Below, in pieces: positions 1-9,200 of a stretch of 64,000 nucleotides of DNA. The translations under genes and the position numbers were made by a program. The notes beneath the pieces were generated by a model. The model was not told the DNA's origin and did not search any database. It saw only the letters and a program-made list of their open reading frames with translations. How positions within the stretch are numbered: position 1 is the first letter of the stretch; each line of letters starts with the position of its first letter. The stretch is from a virus (taxonomy: Duplodnaviria > Caudoviricetes), in the IMG/VR virus record IMGVR_UViG_2802429733_000002, positions 1-64,000 of that record; one strand, given 5' to 3'.

Positions 1-240
1 ATGGGGATGCTCGTGTCTAGTCCAGTCCAGTCTACGGCGAGCCAGTTTGGCTCTTCGCCTACGCTCCCGCAGCGCGCCCTCCATTCTCTGGCGGAGGGGC
101 AGGCCATTCTCGGCAATCCGAGCCGCGCCACGATCTATCGATGGGAGCGGCAGGGCCTCATTGAGCTTGTGCGCATCGGGGGGCGGACGTTCATTCCCGC
201 CCGAGAGATCGCGCGCCTCACCGCCGGGGAGGTCGCGTAG
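1..240 (+). CDS. Helix-turn-helix excisionase/AlpA-like DNA-binding protein (HTH_17-like); start uncertain
   Basis: SRATIYRWERQGLIELVRIGGRTFIPAREIARL is a typical excisionase-family winged HTH. Confidence 0.75.
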   Translation: MGMLVSSPVQSTASQFGSSPTLPQRALHSLAEGQAILGNPSRATIYRWERQGLIELVRIGGRTFIPAREIARLTAGEVA

Positions 241-242
241 TC

Positions 243-737
243 ATGACCGCGCTTCACGATCCGATCGGAGACCCGCCCGACGAAAAAGAAACGGCCCCGC
301 GCGCCAACGCGGGACCGGATATCGAAAGCAACTTCAAGAACGATCAGATGAATAGCACGCCGATGCTGATTTCGCCAGCGCTCCCGCAGGCCGTTTCCGG
401 TTTTCAGCGCGTCGCCACCGCCGCTTTCGCGGTCGCGCTCGCCGCGGGCTACGACCCGAGCACGCTGGATGCGTTCGCCGAACGGTCGATCGATATCGGG
501 GCCGGGGTGAACCCGGCCAAGTACAAGCGCCGGATCGCCTTTGCGTCCGGCGTCCGCGAAGGCGACTGGCGCTTCGGCGCGCCGCCGCCTGGGCGCTCTC
601 ACCGAGAGCGGAGCAAATTCGCCGATCTCATCCTCGAACTGTCCAAAACGATGCTCTCGGAGATGCCCCGGCAGGACGTGGAGCGGATCATCTTCGCTGC
701 GCTGGCTGAGGCGAAGACGGAGGCGCGCGATGTCTAG
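243..737 (+). CDS. Hypothetical protein
   Basis: 164-aa ORF tightly packed between xis-like gene and primase, overlapping primase start. Confidence 0.6.
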   Translation: MTALHDPIGDPPDEKETAPRANAGPDIESNFKNDQMNSTPMLISPALPQAVSGFQRVATAAFAVALAAGYDPSTLDAFAERSIDIGAGVNPAKYKRRIAFASGVREGDWRFGAPPPGRSHRERSKFADLILELSKTMLSEMPRQDVERIIFAALAEAKTEARDV

Positions 738-3204
738 CGCCTCGACCACGGAGTGGGCCGAGACGCCCTCGGGCTTCTCTACCGATCGCACCGTCGAGCA
801 TCGGCGGTTCGACTTCGTGCAATACCTCCGCGACCATGCTCGCCGCAGAGACAAGTGCGACGCCAACCCGGCCTACAAAGCCGCTCATCTCATCGCTGCA
901 GCGGGGGGGCACGTCTTCCCGTGCGGGCCGAACAAGCGCCCACTGATTCGGGAATGGCCGAAAGAAGCGACCGACGATTTCGGTCGAGTCGAGACTTGGT
1001 GGAGCCAGTATCCTCAAGCGCTCGTCGGGATCGCTTGCGGCAAGTCCGGGCTGGTCGTGCTCGACGGCGATCGCCACAACGGCCCGGACGGAGTTGCGGC
1101 ACTCACCAGCCTCCTGGGGGGTGATCTCGTCCCGACCGGCGCTCCGATCGTCGAGACGCCGAGCGGAGGCATCCATGCGTTTTTCCGGCAACCCGAGGGC
1201 GAACCGATCCGCAACTCCGCGAGCCTCTTGGCGCCGGCTGTCGATGTCAGGGCAGATGGCGGCTACGTCGTCGGTTGCGGCTCGGTGCTCCCGAACGGCC
1301 GTGCTTACTGCCCGATGGAGGGCGCGCCGGACCTCGTCGAGGCGTTCGCTAACGACTTGATCCCGGTCCTGCCCAGTTACATCGCGGAGCGGCTTCGCGC
1401 CCCGAAGTCCGACCACGCCGAGCGCCCGGCGCCGCCGCGCGATCCTCGCGGATCGTCGGATGAGCCGCGGCCCTCATCCCCGCCCGGCGCCCGCGAGGTG
1501 GCCTATGCGCGCCGCGCCTTGGACGGGAACGTCCGCGAGCTTTCCAGCGCTGGGAGGGGCGGCCGGAACCAGGCTCTCAACGCGATTGCATTTCGCACGG
1601 GCAGGATGGTCGCGGCCGGCTGGATCGACCGCAGCACGGTCGAGGCCGCGATTGAGGAGGCTGCCCATGCTTGCGGGCTCACCCGCGACGATGGCATTCG
1701 GCAGGTTCGCAAGACGATCACGTCGGGCATCGAGGCCGGCATCCAGAACCCAGCCGATCCGCTGCGAGACGATGGGCAGGGGGCCGAGCGCGAGCCGTTG
1801 AACTTCCGCGGCACGCGGGATCGGGAGCCGGCCCGTGAGGCTCGCCGGAGCGAGGACGGGACGATCTACGACGGCGAGACCGGCGAGGTGCTGCATGAGG
1901 CGGGGCCGGCGCCTGCCGGCCGGGAATTGCCAGAGCATCTGACGCGCCCGGCCGGGCTGCTGGGCGAGATCGTCGACTGGATCACGGCTTCAGCGCGGCA
2001 ACCGAACCGCGCGCTCTCGCTCGCCGCGGCCGTCACTGTTCTCGGCACCGTGATCGGCCGGCGCGTGGCCGGTCCAACCGATGCTGGCGTGCACCTCTAT
2101 GTCGCCATGCTGGCGCCGAGCGCGGGCGGGAAGGATCATCCGATGAAGCGGGCGCAGGCACTCGTCCGCGAGGTGGGTGAGAGCCTTGTCGGGCCGAGCG
2201 GGTTCACGTCCATGGTCGCAATCTCGCGGCATGTGAGCGAGTTTCCGCTGGCCCTGTCCGTCGCCGACGAGCTGGGCAACACGATCAGCCGCATCGCCGG
2301 CCCACGGGCGGGGAATTGGGAGCGCGGGATCACCAAAATCCTGCGCGAGATTTGGGGATCGTCCTTCGAGGTGATCGCGGGCGAGCAGCGGGCGGCGGGA
2401 CGCGACCCCGACATCCGCTGGCCGAGCCTGTCTATTCTCGGCGCGTCGAACCCGAACGAGTTCTTCGACGCCTTGGGATCGGCCGAGGTGTCGAACGGGT
2501 TCCTAAATCGCATCCTGCTTCTGGCGACTTCGAGGAAGTCGCCGAAGGTCGAGCCCGTCGCGGATCGGCACGAGATTCCGGACGCGATCCGTTTCGCGCT
2601 CGCTCGACTCTTCGCCTCCTGTCGAGGCGACCTCGACGAGGATGTCACCGAGATCATCGGAACGACCGCAATCAAGCGTTATGCCGGCGACCCCGACCTC
2701 CGGGACGCTCACGGCAAGATCAGGATCGGATGGGTGGACGACGGCATCCGAGACGCCTGGCTCGCCCTCGACACGGAGGCGTCCGACCGCATGGAGGCGG
2801 ACGGCAACGAGCTATGGGGCCGGGTCGCCGAGATGGCCGTCCGGTTGAGCACGATCCATGCCGTCGGCCGCGCCGGCCTGAGCGCCAAGGTGACGGCGGA
2901 GGATTGGGCCTGGGGGCGCGACCTCGCCCGCTGGTCCGCGGAGACAATGTCCCGAGAGGCCCGATATCGCATTGCCGACACCTTGCCCCAAGGGAACCTT
3001 AAGCTCATCGTACGGCACCTCGCCGAGGCGGGCGGAAGCCTCACGGGAACGGGGCTTGGCAAGAAGCTTGACGGCCGCCTGCGCCAAGTGGAGCTCAAAG
3101 ACGCGCTCGCGTCGCTAATCGAGGCAGGCACGATCGAGGTCATCAAGACGCAGAGCCCGAAGGGCGGACCTCCGGCGGTCACCTACGTCCTTTGCCGGGA
3201 CTGA
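730..3204 (+). CDS. Bifunctional primase/polymerase (Prim-Pol) with PriCT-like and DUF3987-like helicase region
   Basis: ATG at 730; motifs VFPCGPNKRP, LVVLDGDRH, ETPSGGIHAFF, DVRADGGYVV, GRNQALNAIAF; P-loop-like APSAGGKD and VADELG; C-terminal wHTH-like end. Confidence 0.85.
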   Translation: MSSASTTEWAETPSGFSTDRTVEHRRFDFVQYLRDHARRRDKCDANPAYKAAHLIAAAGGHVFPCGPNKRPLIREWPKEATDDFGRVETWWSQYPQALVGIACGKSGLVVLDGDRHNGPDGVAALTSLLGGDLVPTGAPIVETPSGGIHAFFRQPEGEPIRNSASLLAPAVDVRADGGYVVGCGSVLPNGRAYCPMEGAPDLVEAFANDLIPVLPSYIAERLRAPKSDHAERPAPPRDPRGSSDEPRPSSPPGAREVAYARRALDGNVRELSSAGRGGRNQALNAIAFRTGRMVAAGWIDRSTVEAAIEEAAHACGLTRDDGIRQVRKTITSGIEAGIQNPADPLRDDGQGAEREPLNFRGTRDREPAREARRSEDGTIYDGETGEVLHEAGPAPAGRELPEHLTRPAGLLGEIVDWITASARQPNRALSLAAAVTVLGTVIGRRVAGPTDAGVHLYVAMLAPSAGGKDHPMKRAQALVREVGESLVGPSGFTSMVAISRHVSEFPLALSVADELGNTISRIAGPRAGNWERGITKILREIWGSSFEVIAGEQRAAGRDPDIRWPSLSILGASNPNEFFDALGSAEVSNGFLNRILLLATSRKSPKVEPVADRHEIPDAIRFALARLFASCRGDLDEDVTEIIGTTAIKRYAGDPDLRDAHGKIRIGWVDDGIRDAWLALDTEASDRMEADGNELWGRVAEMAVRLSTIHAVGRAGLSAKVTAEDWAWGRDLARWSAETMSREARYRIADTLPQGNLKLIVRHLAEAGGSLTGTGLGKKLDGRLRQVELKDALASLIEAGTIEVIKTQSPKGGPPAVTYVLCRD

Positions 3205-3228
3205 CGAATCCGACATCGCCGGCAACAT

Positions 3229-3259
3229 GCGCCTCGGCCCACCGCCGGGGCGCTTTTTT
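3229..3259 (+). terminator. Rho-independent terminator after primase
   Basis: gcgcctcggc-ccacc-gccggggcgc stem followed by T6. Confidence 0.7.
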
Positions 3260-3380
3260 GGCCTCCCATCGGTCGCCTTGCCCCCCATCGTGGGCAGGCA
3301 AAGAGCTGGCATCCCAGCTACAGCTTTTACGGAAATGGAAGCTCCCGCCCTCACCCCGATCGCTCTCGAAGCAGGGGGGG

Positions 3381-3653
3381 GGTTAGACCGGGAGGTTAGG
3401 GAGGGTTAGGCCGGGTTAGACCGGTCCATCGCTGTATCCGCCAATGACGATCGGGAGTGGTTAGCCCGGTTACACCGGTAGCTGGGCCGGTGTCTCATCC
3501 TGTCTAACTACAATATCTAAATATATGATATATATATGTATTTTCATAAATAGAGGGTTAGACCGGTTAGAGCGGAGGCATTTCCGGAAAAGAGAACAGA
3601 AGGGGATCATTGCCCCTCTATAAAGATATGCTTCCGTGATAACCGGCCTAACC
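3381..3653. repeat. Putative replication origin: GGTTAG iterons plus AT-rich unwinding element
   Basis: GGTTAG at 3381, 3394, 3404, 3414, 3459, 3556, 3565; GGTTAC at 3468; inverted CTAAC/TAACC at 3504, 3640, 3648; AT-rich tract ~3512-3552; non-coding, directly downstream of the primase. Confidence 0.7.
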
Positions 3654-3949
3654 CCTTCGGCGGCCGAGGCACGAGCGCTCGATACGGACTGGTCGGCCTT
3701 GGACAGACCTGCCGGAGGGAGGGAGGCACCCCTAGCTATGGGAAGGCTAGGGCCGTTTCAGAGTCTCGCCGCACCTCGCCGATTTGATCGGCCCACGTCA
3801 CCGGCAAGCGTTTCAAATTAACAGTTCAGCAATAAAAAAATCGCTCTCCCCTCTGTGATCCCTCTCTTCGGTCACGGCGCGATCCGTGTTTATATCGCTT
3901 TGGTCGCGCAGATACTCGCTACGACATTATGTCGTGCCAGGGGATTGCA

Positions 3950-4150
3950 ATGCTCTCATCAAATACCTTTCGCATCATCCCTGATCGTGCGGCCTATCCT
4001 TTGAACGAAGCCTCTGTCTTGCTTTCGATCAGCCGCGCCAACTTGTACCGGCTCGCGAAGGACGGCCGCATCAGGTTCGTGAAGATCGGCCATCGGACGG
4101 TCGTTCCGGCAAGCGAGATCGACCGCCTTGCGCAGGGCCGCGCCGCGTGA
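3950..4150 (+). CDS. Second HTH excisionase-family protein
   Basis: AYPLNEASVLLSISRANLYRLAKDGRIRFVKIGHRTVVPASEIDRL; paralogous to 1..240. Alternative start at 3929. Confidence 0.8.
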   Translation: MLSSNTFRIIPDRAAYPLNEASVLLSISRANLYRLAKDGRIRFVKIGHRTVVPASEIDRLAQGRAA

Positions 4151-4178
4151 GGCGAGCCCGCCAGCACGAGAAGCCGCC

Positions 4179-4445
4179 ATGATCACGACCGTCCATCTTG
4201 ATGCCGCCCCGACCAGCCGGAATGCGCTGCCCGCCGAACTGGCGCGTGCGATGCTGCTCGCCGTGAAGCCGCTCCCGGAGTGGGCTGCTGAGGAGCGCCG
4301 CGAGCCGCCCGATGTCATTCACTGGATCGCGGCGCTCCTGATCCTCGCCGAAAATGCCCGCCTGGACGAGGTCGAGGCGCGGGGCCTGTTCGACCGCCTT
4401 GGCCTGGATCAGGTCGAGGCCGTGCTTGCGAGGACGTTCCAGTGA
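4179..4445 (+). CDS. Hypothetical protein
   Basis: ATG 4179; stop overlaps the GTG of the terS-like gene. Confidence 0.55.
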   Translation: MITTVHLDAAPTSRNALPAELARAMLLAVKPLPEWAAEERREPPDVIHWIAALLILAENARLDEVEARGLFDRLGLDQVEAVLARTFQ

Positions 4446-4933
4446 CCGCGACCAAGCACCCCGGCGGGCGCCCCTCCGGCTACAGCCCCGAGCGCGTCGA
4501 GCCGTTCCTCAACCTGATCGCCGAAGCGAAATCGACGGTCGAGGCCGCGAAGGCCATCGGCGTCGAACCGCGGACAATCTTCCGGTGGCTGGAAACTCAT
4601 GACGAGTTCCGACAGCAATACGCGCGAGCAAAGGAGGCAGCCGCAGACCACCTTGTAGAGGAGGTGCTTGCAATCGTCGATGACGGCCGGAACGATTTCA
4701 TCGAGGGAAAAGGCGGCCCGATCTTCAACGCGGAGGCTGTTGCCCGCTCTCGTCTTCGTTTTGAGGCGCGCAAGTGGCTCGCAGGCAAGTTGCGGCCGAA
4801 AAAGTACGGCGAAAAACTCGACGTAGATCATGGTGTGCAGCCTGAGAGCTCGCTCGCTGTGTTCATAAAATCGATCTCAGGCTCGTCAATCAAACCGGTC
4901 GAAAAGGCCGGACGCGAGGAGGAACATTCATGA
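4442..4933 (+). CDS. terS: Terminase small subunit-like protein (P22/Sf6-type)
   Basis: GRPSGYSPE N-terminus, HTH, QYARAKEAAADHLVEEVLAIVDD, RSRLRFEARKWLAGKLRPKKYGEK. Confidence 0.8.
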   Translation: MTATKHPGGRPSGYSPERVEPFLNLIAEAKSTVEAAKAIGVEPRTIFRWLETHDEFRQQYARAKEAAADHLVEEVLAIVDDGRNDFIEGKGGPIFNAEAVARSRLRFEARKWLAGKLRPKKYGEKLDVDHGVQPESSLAVFIKSISGSSIKPVEKAGREEEHS

Positions 4934-5112
4934 CCGTGTCCAGCGAAACGTCGCGCGCCACCCCGAAGCTCACCCTCGTCGAGGGTGGGCTCGACCAGAA
5001 TGCCCCGCCAGCCCGGCCGGCTCCCGTCCCTTCGCCGAGGGCTCCCGAGCCACCTCGGCACGTCAAGCGGCCGTTGGCAGGCCGCCCTGACGATCAACCG
5101 CCCGCTGCCTGA
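4930..5112 (+). CDS. Small Pro-rich hypothetical protein
   Basis: ATGA overlap with terS stop; 60 aa. Confidence 0.45.
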   Translation: MTVSSETSRATPKLTLVEGGLDQNAPPARPAPVPSPRAPEPPRHVKRPLAGRPDDQPPAA

Positions 5113-5139
5113 TCCCACACCTGATCGAGAGAACCCTCA

Positions 5140-6216
5140 ATGTCTTGGCGCCTTCACTCCGACCTCCGCACGAACCGCCTGGCCGACTTGTTCGAGCCCG
5201 GACACCTGCACTTTCTCGTCGGCTCGCCCGGCGCACCGGCGAGCGAGATCGCGGCCGACCTCGCCGTGGCGCTCGCTGCCGGTGCGCCCGGCAGCGGCCT
5301 TGGTCCGGACAGGTTCGGCAAACGCTCCGCCCTGGCTGGCTTCTTCGGCGTTCCTGCCGGTGCGTCGGTGCCGGTTGCCGTTGCCGTCGACGGGAGCCGT
5401 GCCGACCAGAACGCGCTCGACATCGAGGCCGCGCGCCTCGCCCGCGGCGTGACCACGCCGCTGCCGCTCGTGATGTCCGCCGCGCGGTTCGACCTCCTTC
5501 CGGAGCTCGCGGGCGGGGGCCTGCGCATCGCGGATGCTGCCGGTCTGCTCGGACGCCGGCCGCGCGTCGCCGTCCTCGATCGCATCCCGCTGGGGGGCGA
5601 TGTCCGGACCCGCGCGGCCGGCGTGTTGCTCCAGCAGCGCGACATCAACCGCGAGACGGCGATCCTCGTCGTGACCGACGAGCCGCCGCCCGGCTTACTC
5701 TCGCATGGCTCGACCGTCCTTGAGGTCGATGCGGAGACTCTGACGCTGGCCCGCTCGCCCACGGGCGAGACGTGGCGGCGCCGGTTCACGACGGTCAGCA
5801 TCGAGACGGGCCACGGCGAGGCGCTGGCACTGCGCCCTGGCCCGGCGGTAGATTACAAGCCCGAGCCGATCGTGGAGCCCGTCGAACCTCCTTCTGCGGC
5901 CGCCGAGGCGCCGTGGGTGCCTGCCATCCGGATTGCCGTCATTCCGCTCGGTCGACCGCTGACGCCCTCTGAGCGAGCGTCATGGGAAGGCTATCGGATC
6001 GTCGACGCAGAATCCCGTGCCGTGCCGACACGCGAAGATGTCGACACCGAGGGTCTGCACGAGATCACGATCGTTCCGACCGATCGCGACCCGCGCCGGG
6101 AGGAGGCGAGCCGGAAGGCCGGTGCGATCACTGCCACTATCCTCGACCGCGGCCTGGCCGACAGCGTCCGCGTCACGATCTCCGACCGGTTCGTCCCTTT
6201 CAGCCTCGCCGCGTGA
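5140..6216 (+). CDS. Hypothetical protein (358 aa)
   Basis: Long ORF with host-like codon usage in the satellite operon; no family recognised. Confidence 0.65.
   Translation: MSWRLHSDLRTNRLADLFEPGHLHFLVGSPGAPASEIAADLAVALAAGAPGSGLGPDRFGKRSALAGFFGVPAGASVPVAVAVDGSRADQNALDIEAARLARGVTTPLPLVMSAARFDLLPELAGGGLRIADAAGLLGRRPRVAVLDRIPLGGDVRTRAAGVLLQQRDINRETAILVVTDEPPPGLLSHGSTVLEVDAETLTLARSPTGETWRRRFTTVSIETGHGEALALRPGPAVDYKPEPIVEPVEPPSAAAEAPWVPAIRIAVIPLGRPLTPSERASWEGYRIVDAESRAVPTREDVDTEGLHEITIVPTDRDPRREEASRKAGAITATILDRGLADSVRVTISDRFVPFSLAA
5901..5940 (+). repeat. Imperfect 40-bp direct repeat, copy 1 (copy 2 at 13346-13385)
   Basis: 35/40 identity by manual alignment. Confidence 0.7.
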
Positions 6217-6257
6217 TCGCGGCGAAGGCCCCCTTTCCTCTCATTCGAGTTCATGTC

Positions 6258-9200
6258 ATGTCCGATGGCTTTTCGGCTTCGCCGCTCGATCAGGTGCTGG
6301 CGGAGTCGCAGACGAAGCTCCGTCAGGCATCCACGGCGCCGGTCGGTCCCGCCTTCCAGTCCGACCAGCCCGAGCCGGCCATGCCCGAGCCCGCGCTGCT
6401 CACGGCCTTCGAGAGCACTGCTGATCGATACGGCATCCCGGTCGATGCGCTGCTCGCGATGGCGCAGAAGGACTCGAACTTCGACCCGCTCGCGCGCTCG
6501 CGCGGGATCGGTCCGAAGTCTCGCGGCATCGTCCGGATCAGCGACGACGATCTGACCCGGACCGGCATCAACCCCTATCAGCCCGAGCAGGCGCTCGGTG
6601 TCGCCGCCCAGAAGATCAAGGGCTACCTCGACAAGGGCATGTCGATGGAGGACGCCATCAAGGCGACCGTCGGCGGACCGAACAAGGAGACCTGGGGGCC
6701 GGAGGTCCAGCAGTACTACGACGACGTGATGGGCCGGGCCGGCAAGCTCGCCGACGCGCTCTATCCCGCGCAGCCCGAGCCGGCTCCCGCGCCTGCGGCC
6801 CCGCCCTCGGACGGCACATGGTATGGCGACATCGGGCGCGCCGTCGATCGCGGCGTCGGCTCCGTCATGAACATGCCGTTCGAGATCGCGTCCGCCATGG
6901 GCAGCGAATGGGCGGAGAAGCAGGCGAAGGGCGTCCGCGACTACAACGAGGAGAGCCGCAAGCGCGACAGTGCCGGGCTCCACGCGTCGCGCGAGGCCTT
7001 CGACAAGGTCGGCGGCCGGATCGGCAAGCGCATGAAGGAGGGCGACCTCGCGGGCGCCACCGGCTGGCTCTCGGCCATCGCCGACAACCCGATGGATGCG
7101 ATCCGCGACTTCGGCGAATCCGTCGCCGCTATCGGCACCGACCCGCGCCTCCTGACGACCACGATCGCCGAGAGCGCGCCGAGCATGCTGGCCGTGGGTG
7201 CTGGCGGCGGCGTGGGCGCCGTCGCGGCCCGAGCGGCGGGCGGCTCGGCCGGAGCGGGCAGTGCGCTCGGCATCTTCCTCTCGTCGTCGGGCATGTCCGC
7301 TTCCTCGATCGCCGAGACGATCAACGGCGACGTGGACAAGATGAAGGGGTCGGACCTGCGCCGGCTCGCCCCGCAGGCGAAGACGCTCGAAGAAGCCAAG
7401 CGGACCGTCAAGCAGAACGCCTTCCTCACCGTCGAGACGCTCGCGGCCGCAGGACTGGCCGGGTCGATCGACCTCATCGGCCGCGGGGCCGAGAAGATGA
7501 TCGCGGGCGGGCTCCGCGAGACCGGCGGCATTCTCCGCACGGCCGCGAAGGGCGCTGCGACCGAGGCGGCGCAGGAGACCGGCCAGTCCGCCCTTGAGGC
7601 CGCCGCTGGCGCACGAGCGCAGGACAGCTACCAGCCCGAGCAGGATAACTGGTCGGGGGTCCTGCGCGAGACCGCGGCCGGAGCGGTGGCGGGTGCCGGC
7701 ATGGGCGCCGGCACGGGCGCCATCTCCGGCGCGCGCGGTCGGAACGATCATTCGAATCCGTTCTCGGCGCTCGACCCAGCAGTGCAGGCGGAAGCCGGGG
7801 ACGGGTACGTGACCGCCGGCACTGTCCCCTCTGCGCCTACTCAAGCCAGCCCCGCGCCCTCCGAACCGGTGATGAAGCCGATCCCGCCGACTTCTCCCGA
7901 GACGGTTGCTCCGGCCTCCGCGCCGGCTGGGCCGCTTGCCCGCGCGCTCGACGTTGGTGCTCCTCAGTTGCGCGAGGTCGCGAAGCCGGCCGGCAGCGTC
8001 GTCGTCGTGACGGATGAGACCGGTCAGCGCGTCGGCCGCATCGTTGGCCAGGACTCTGACGGGATCATGTTCGAAGACGCCGACGGGGTGGTAGAACTCC
8101 TCTCGCCGGACGACATCACGAACGGCATTGTTCAGGTGACGACGCCGGAGGATGCTCCGCGCGTTCCCCAGGCGCCTGCCGCCCCTATCGTCGCGGAATC
8201 CGCAGAACCGGTCCAAGCCCCTGTCGCTGACACGACGGGGCTTGTCGCCATGGGCGGCGGCCTTGCTGGAGCGATCACCGACAGCTTCTACGGCGGCTGG
8301 TTCGACCTGCTCTCGCGGAAGGAGGGGGCGTCCAGCGCTTTTCGGGCCGAGCGCCTGTATCCGGCGACGCGCAGGGCATTCGATGCCGGAGAGATCACGT
8401 CGCCGGCCGACCTCAAGGCGTTTCTGGATCGCTCGGAGAAGGCGCCGGCTGAGAAAGAGGGCGAGACCCGACCGTTCGCGCCCGAGACCGGAGCGCTCGG
8501 CGTACCGCGGGCGGAGATGCCCCAGGTCGCGAGCGAGCACCATGGCGCGCTCGTCAACCACCTCAATGCGAAGGGGATCGCGCACGAGACCACGGAGGTC
8601 GATGCCGGCGCTCTGAAACCGACGCAGGCCGAATACGAGCCCGCGAAGGTGAAGCGCGCGAAGGCCGAGGGAAACGGCGAGCGCTCCGTCATCGTATCGA
8701 ATGACGGCCACATCGTCGACGGCCATCATCAGGCTGTCGCGGCGGCCGAGGAAGACCGGCCGGTCAGGGCGATCGTGCTCGACGCCACGGCCGAGGAGGC
8801 GCTCGAAGCAGTCAAGGCGTTCCCGAGCGTTAGGACGGCTGGCACCTCCGAAGGCAAGGTGCGGGAAGTCGAAAAGACGCTGGCCGAGATGTCGGAGCCC
8901 GAGCTGCGCGAGCGTCTGAAATACGTCGCCGGTCAGGCCAAGGCGAATGGGGGCTGGGGCAAGCGTTGGATCGAGGCCCGCCGCGAGGTGGAGCGCGAGA
9001 TCGGCAGGCGCCAGCGTGGCGCACAGAGCTTCGGCTCGCCTGTAGCGGCGAAGCCAGAGAAGCCGGTCGCCATGAAGGCAGCTTCGTCGAATGCGGCGCA
9101 GGCCGTGGTCGGGAGGTCGTTCGGATCGCCCGAGAAGGCCGAGGCGAGGCTCGCGAAGCTGAACCTCTCTGCCACCCATGAGGTCGTCCAGACGGGCAAG

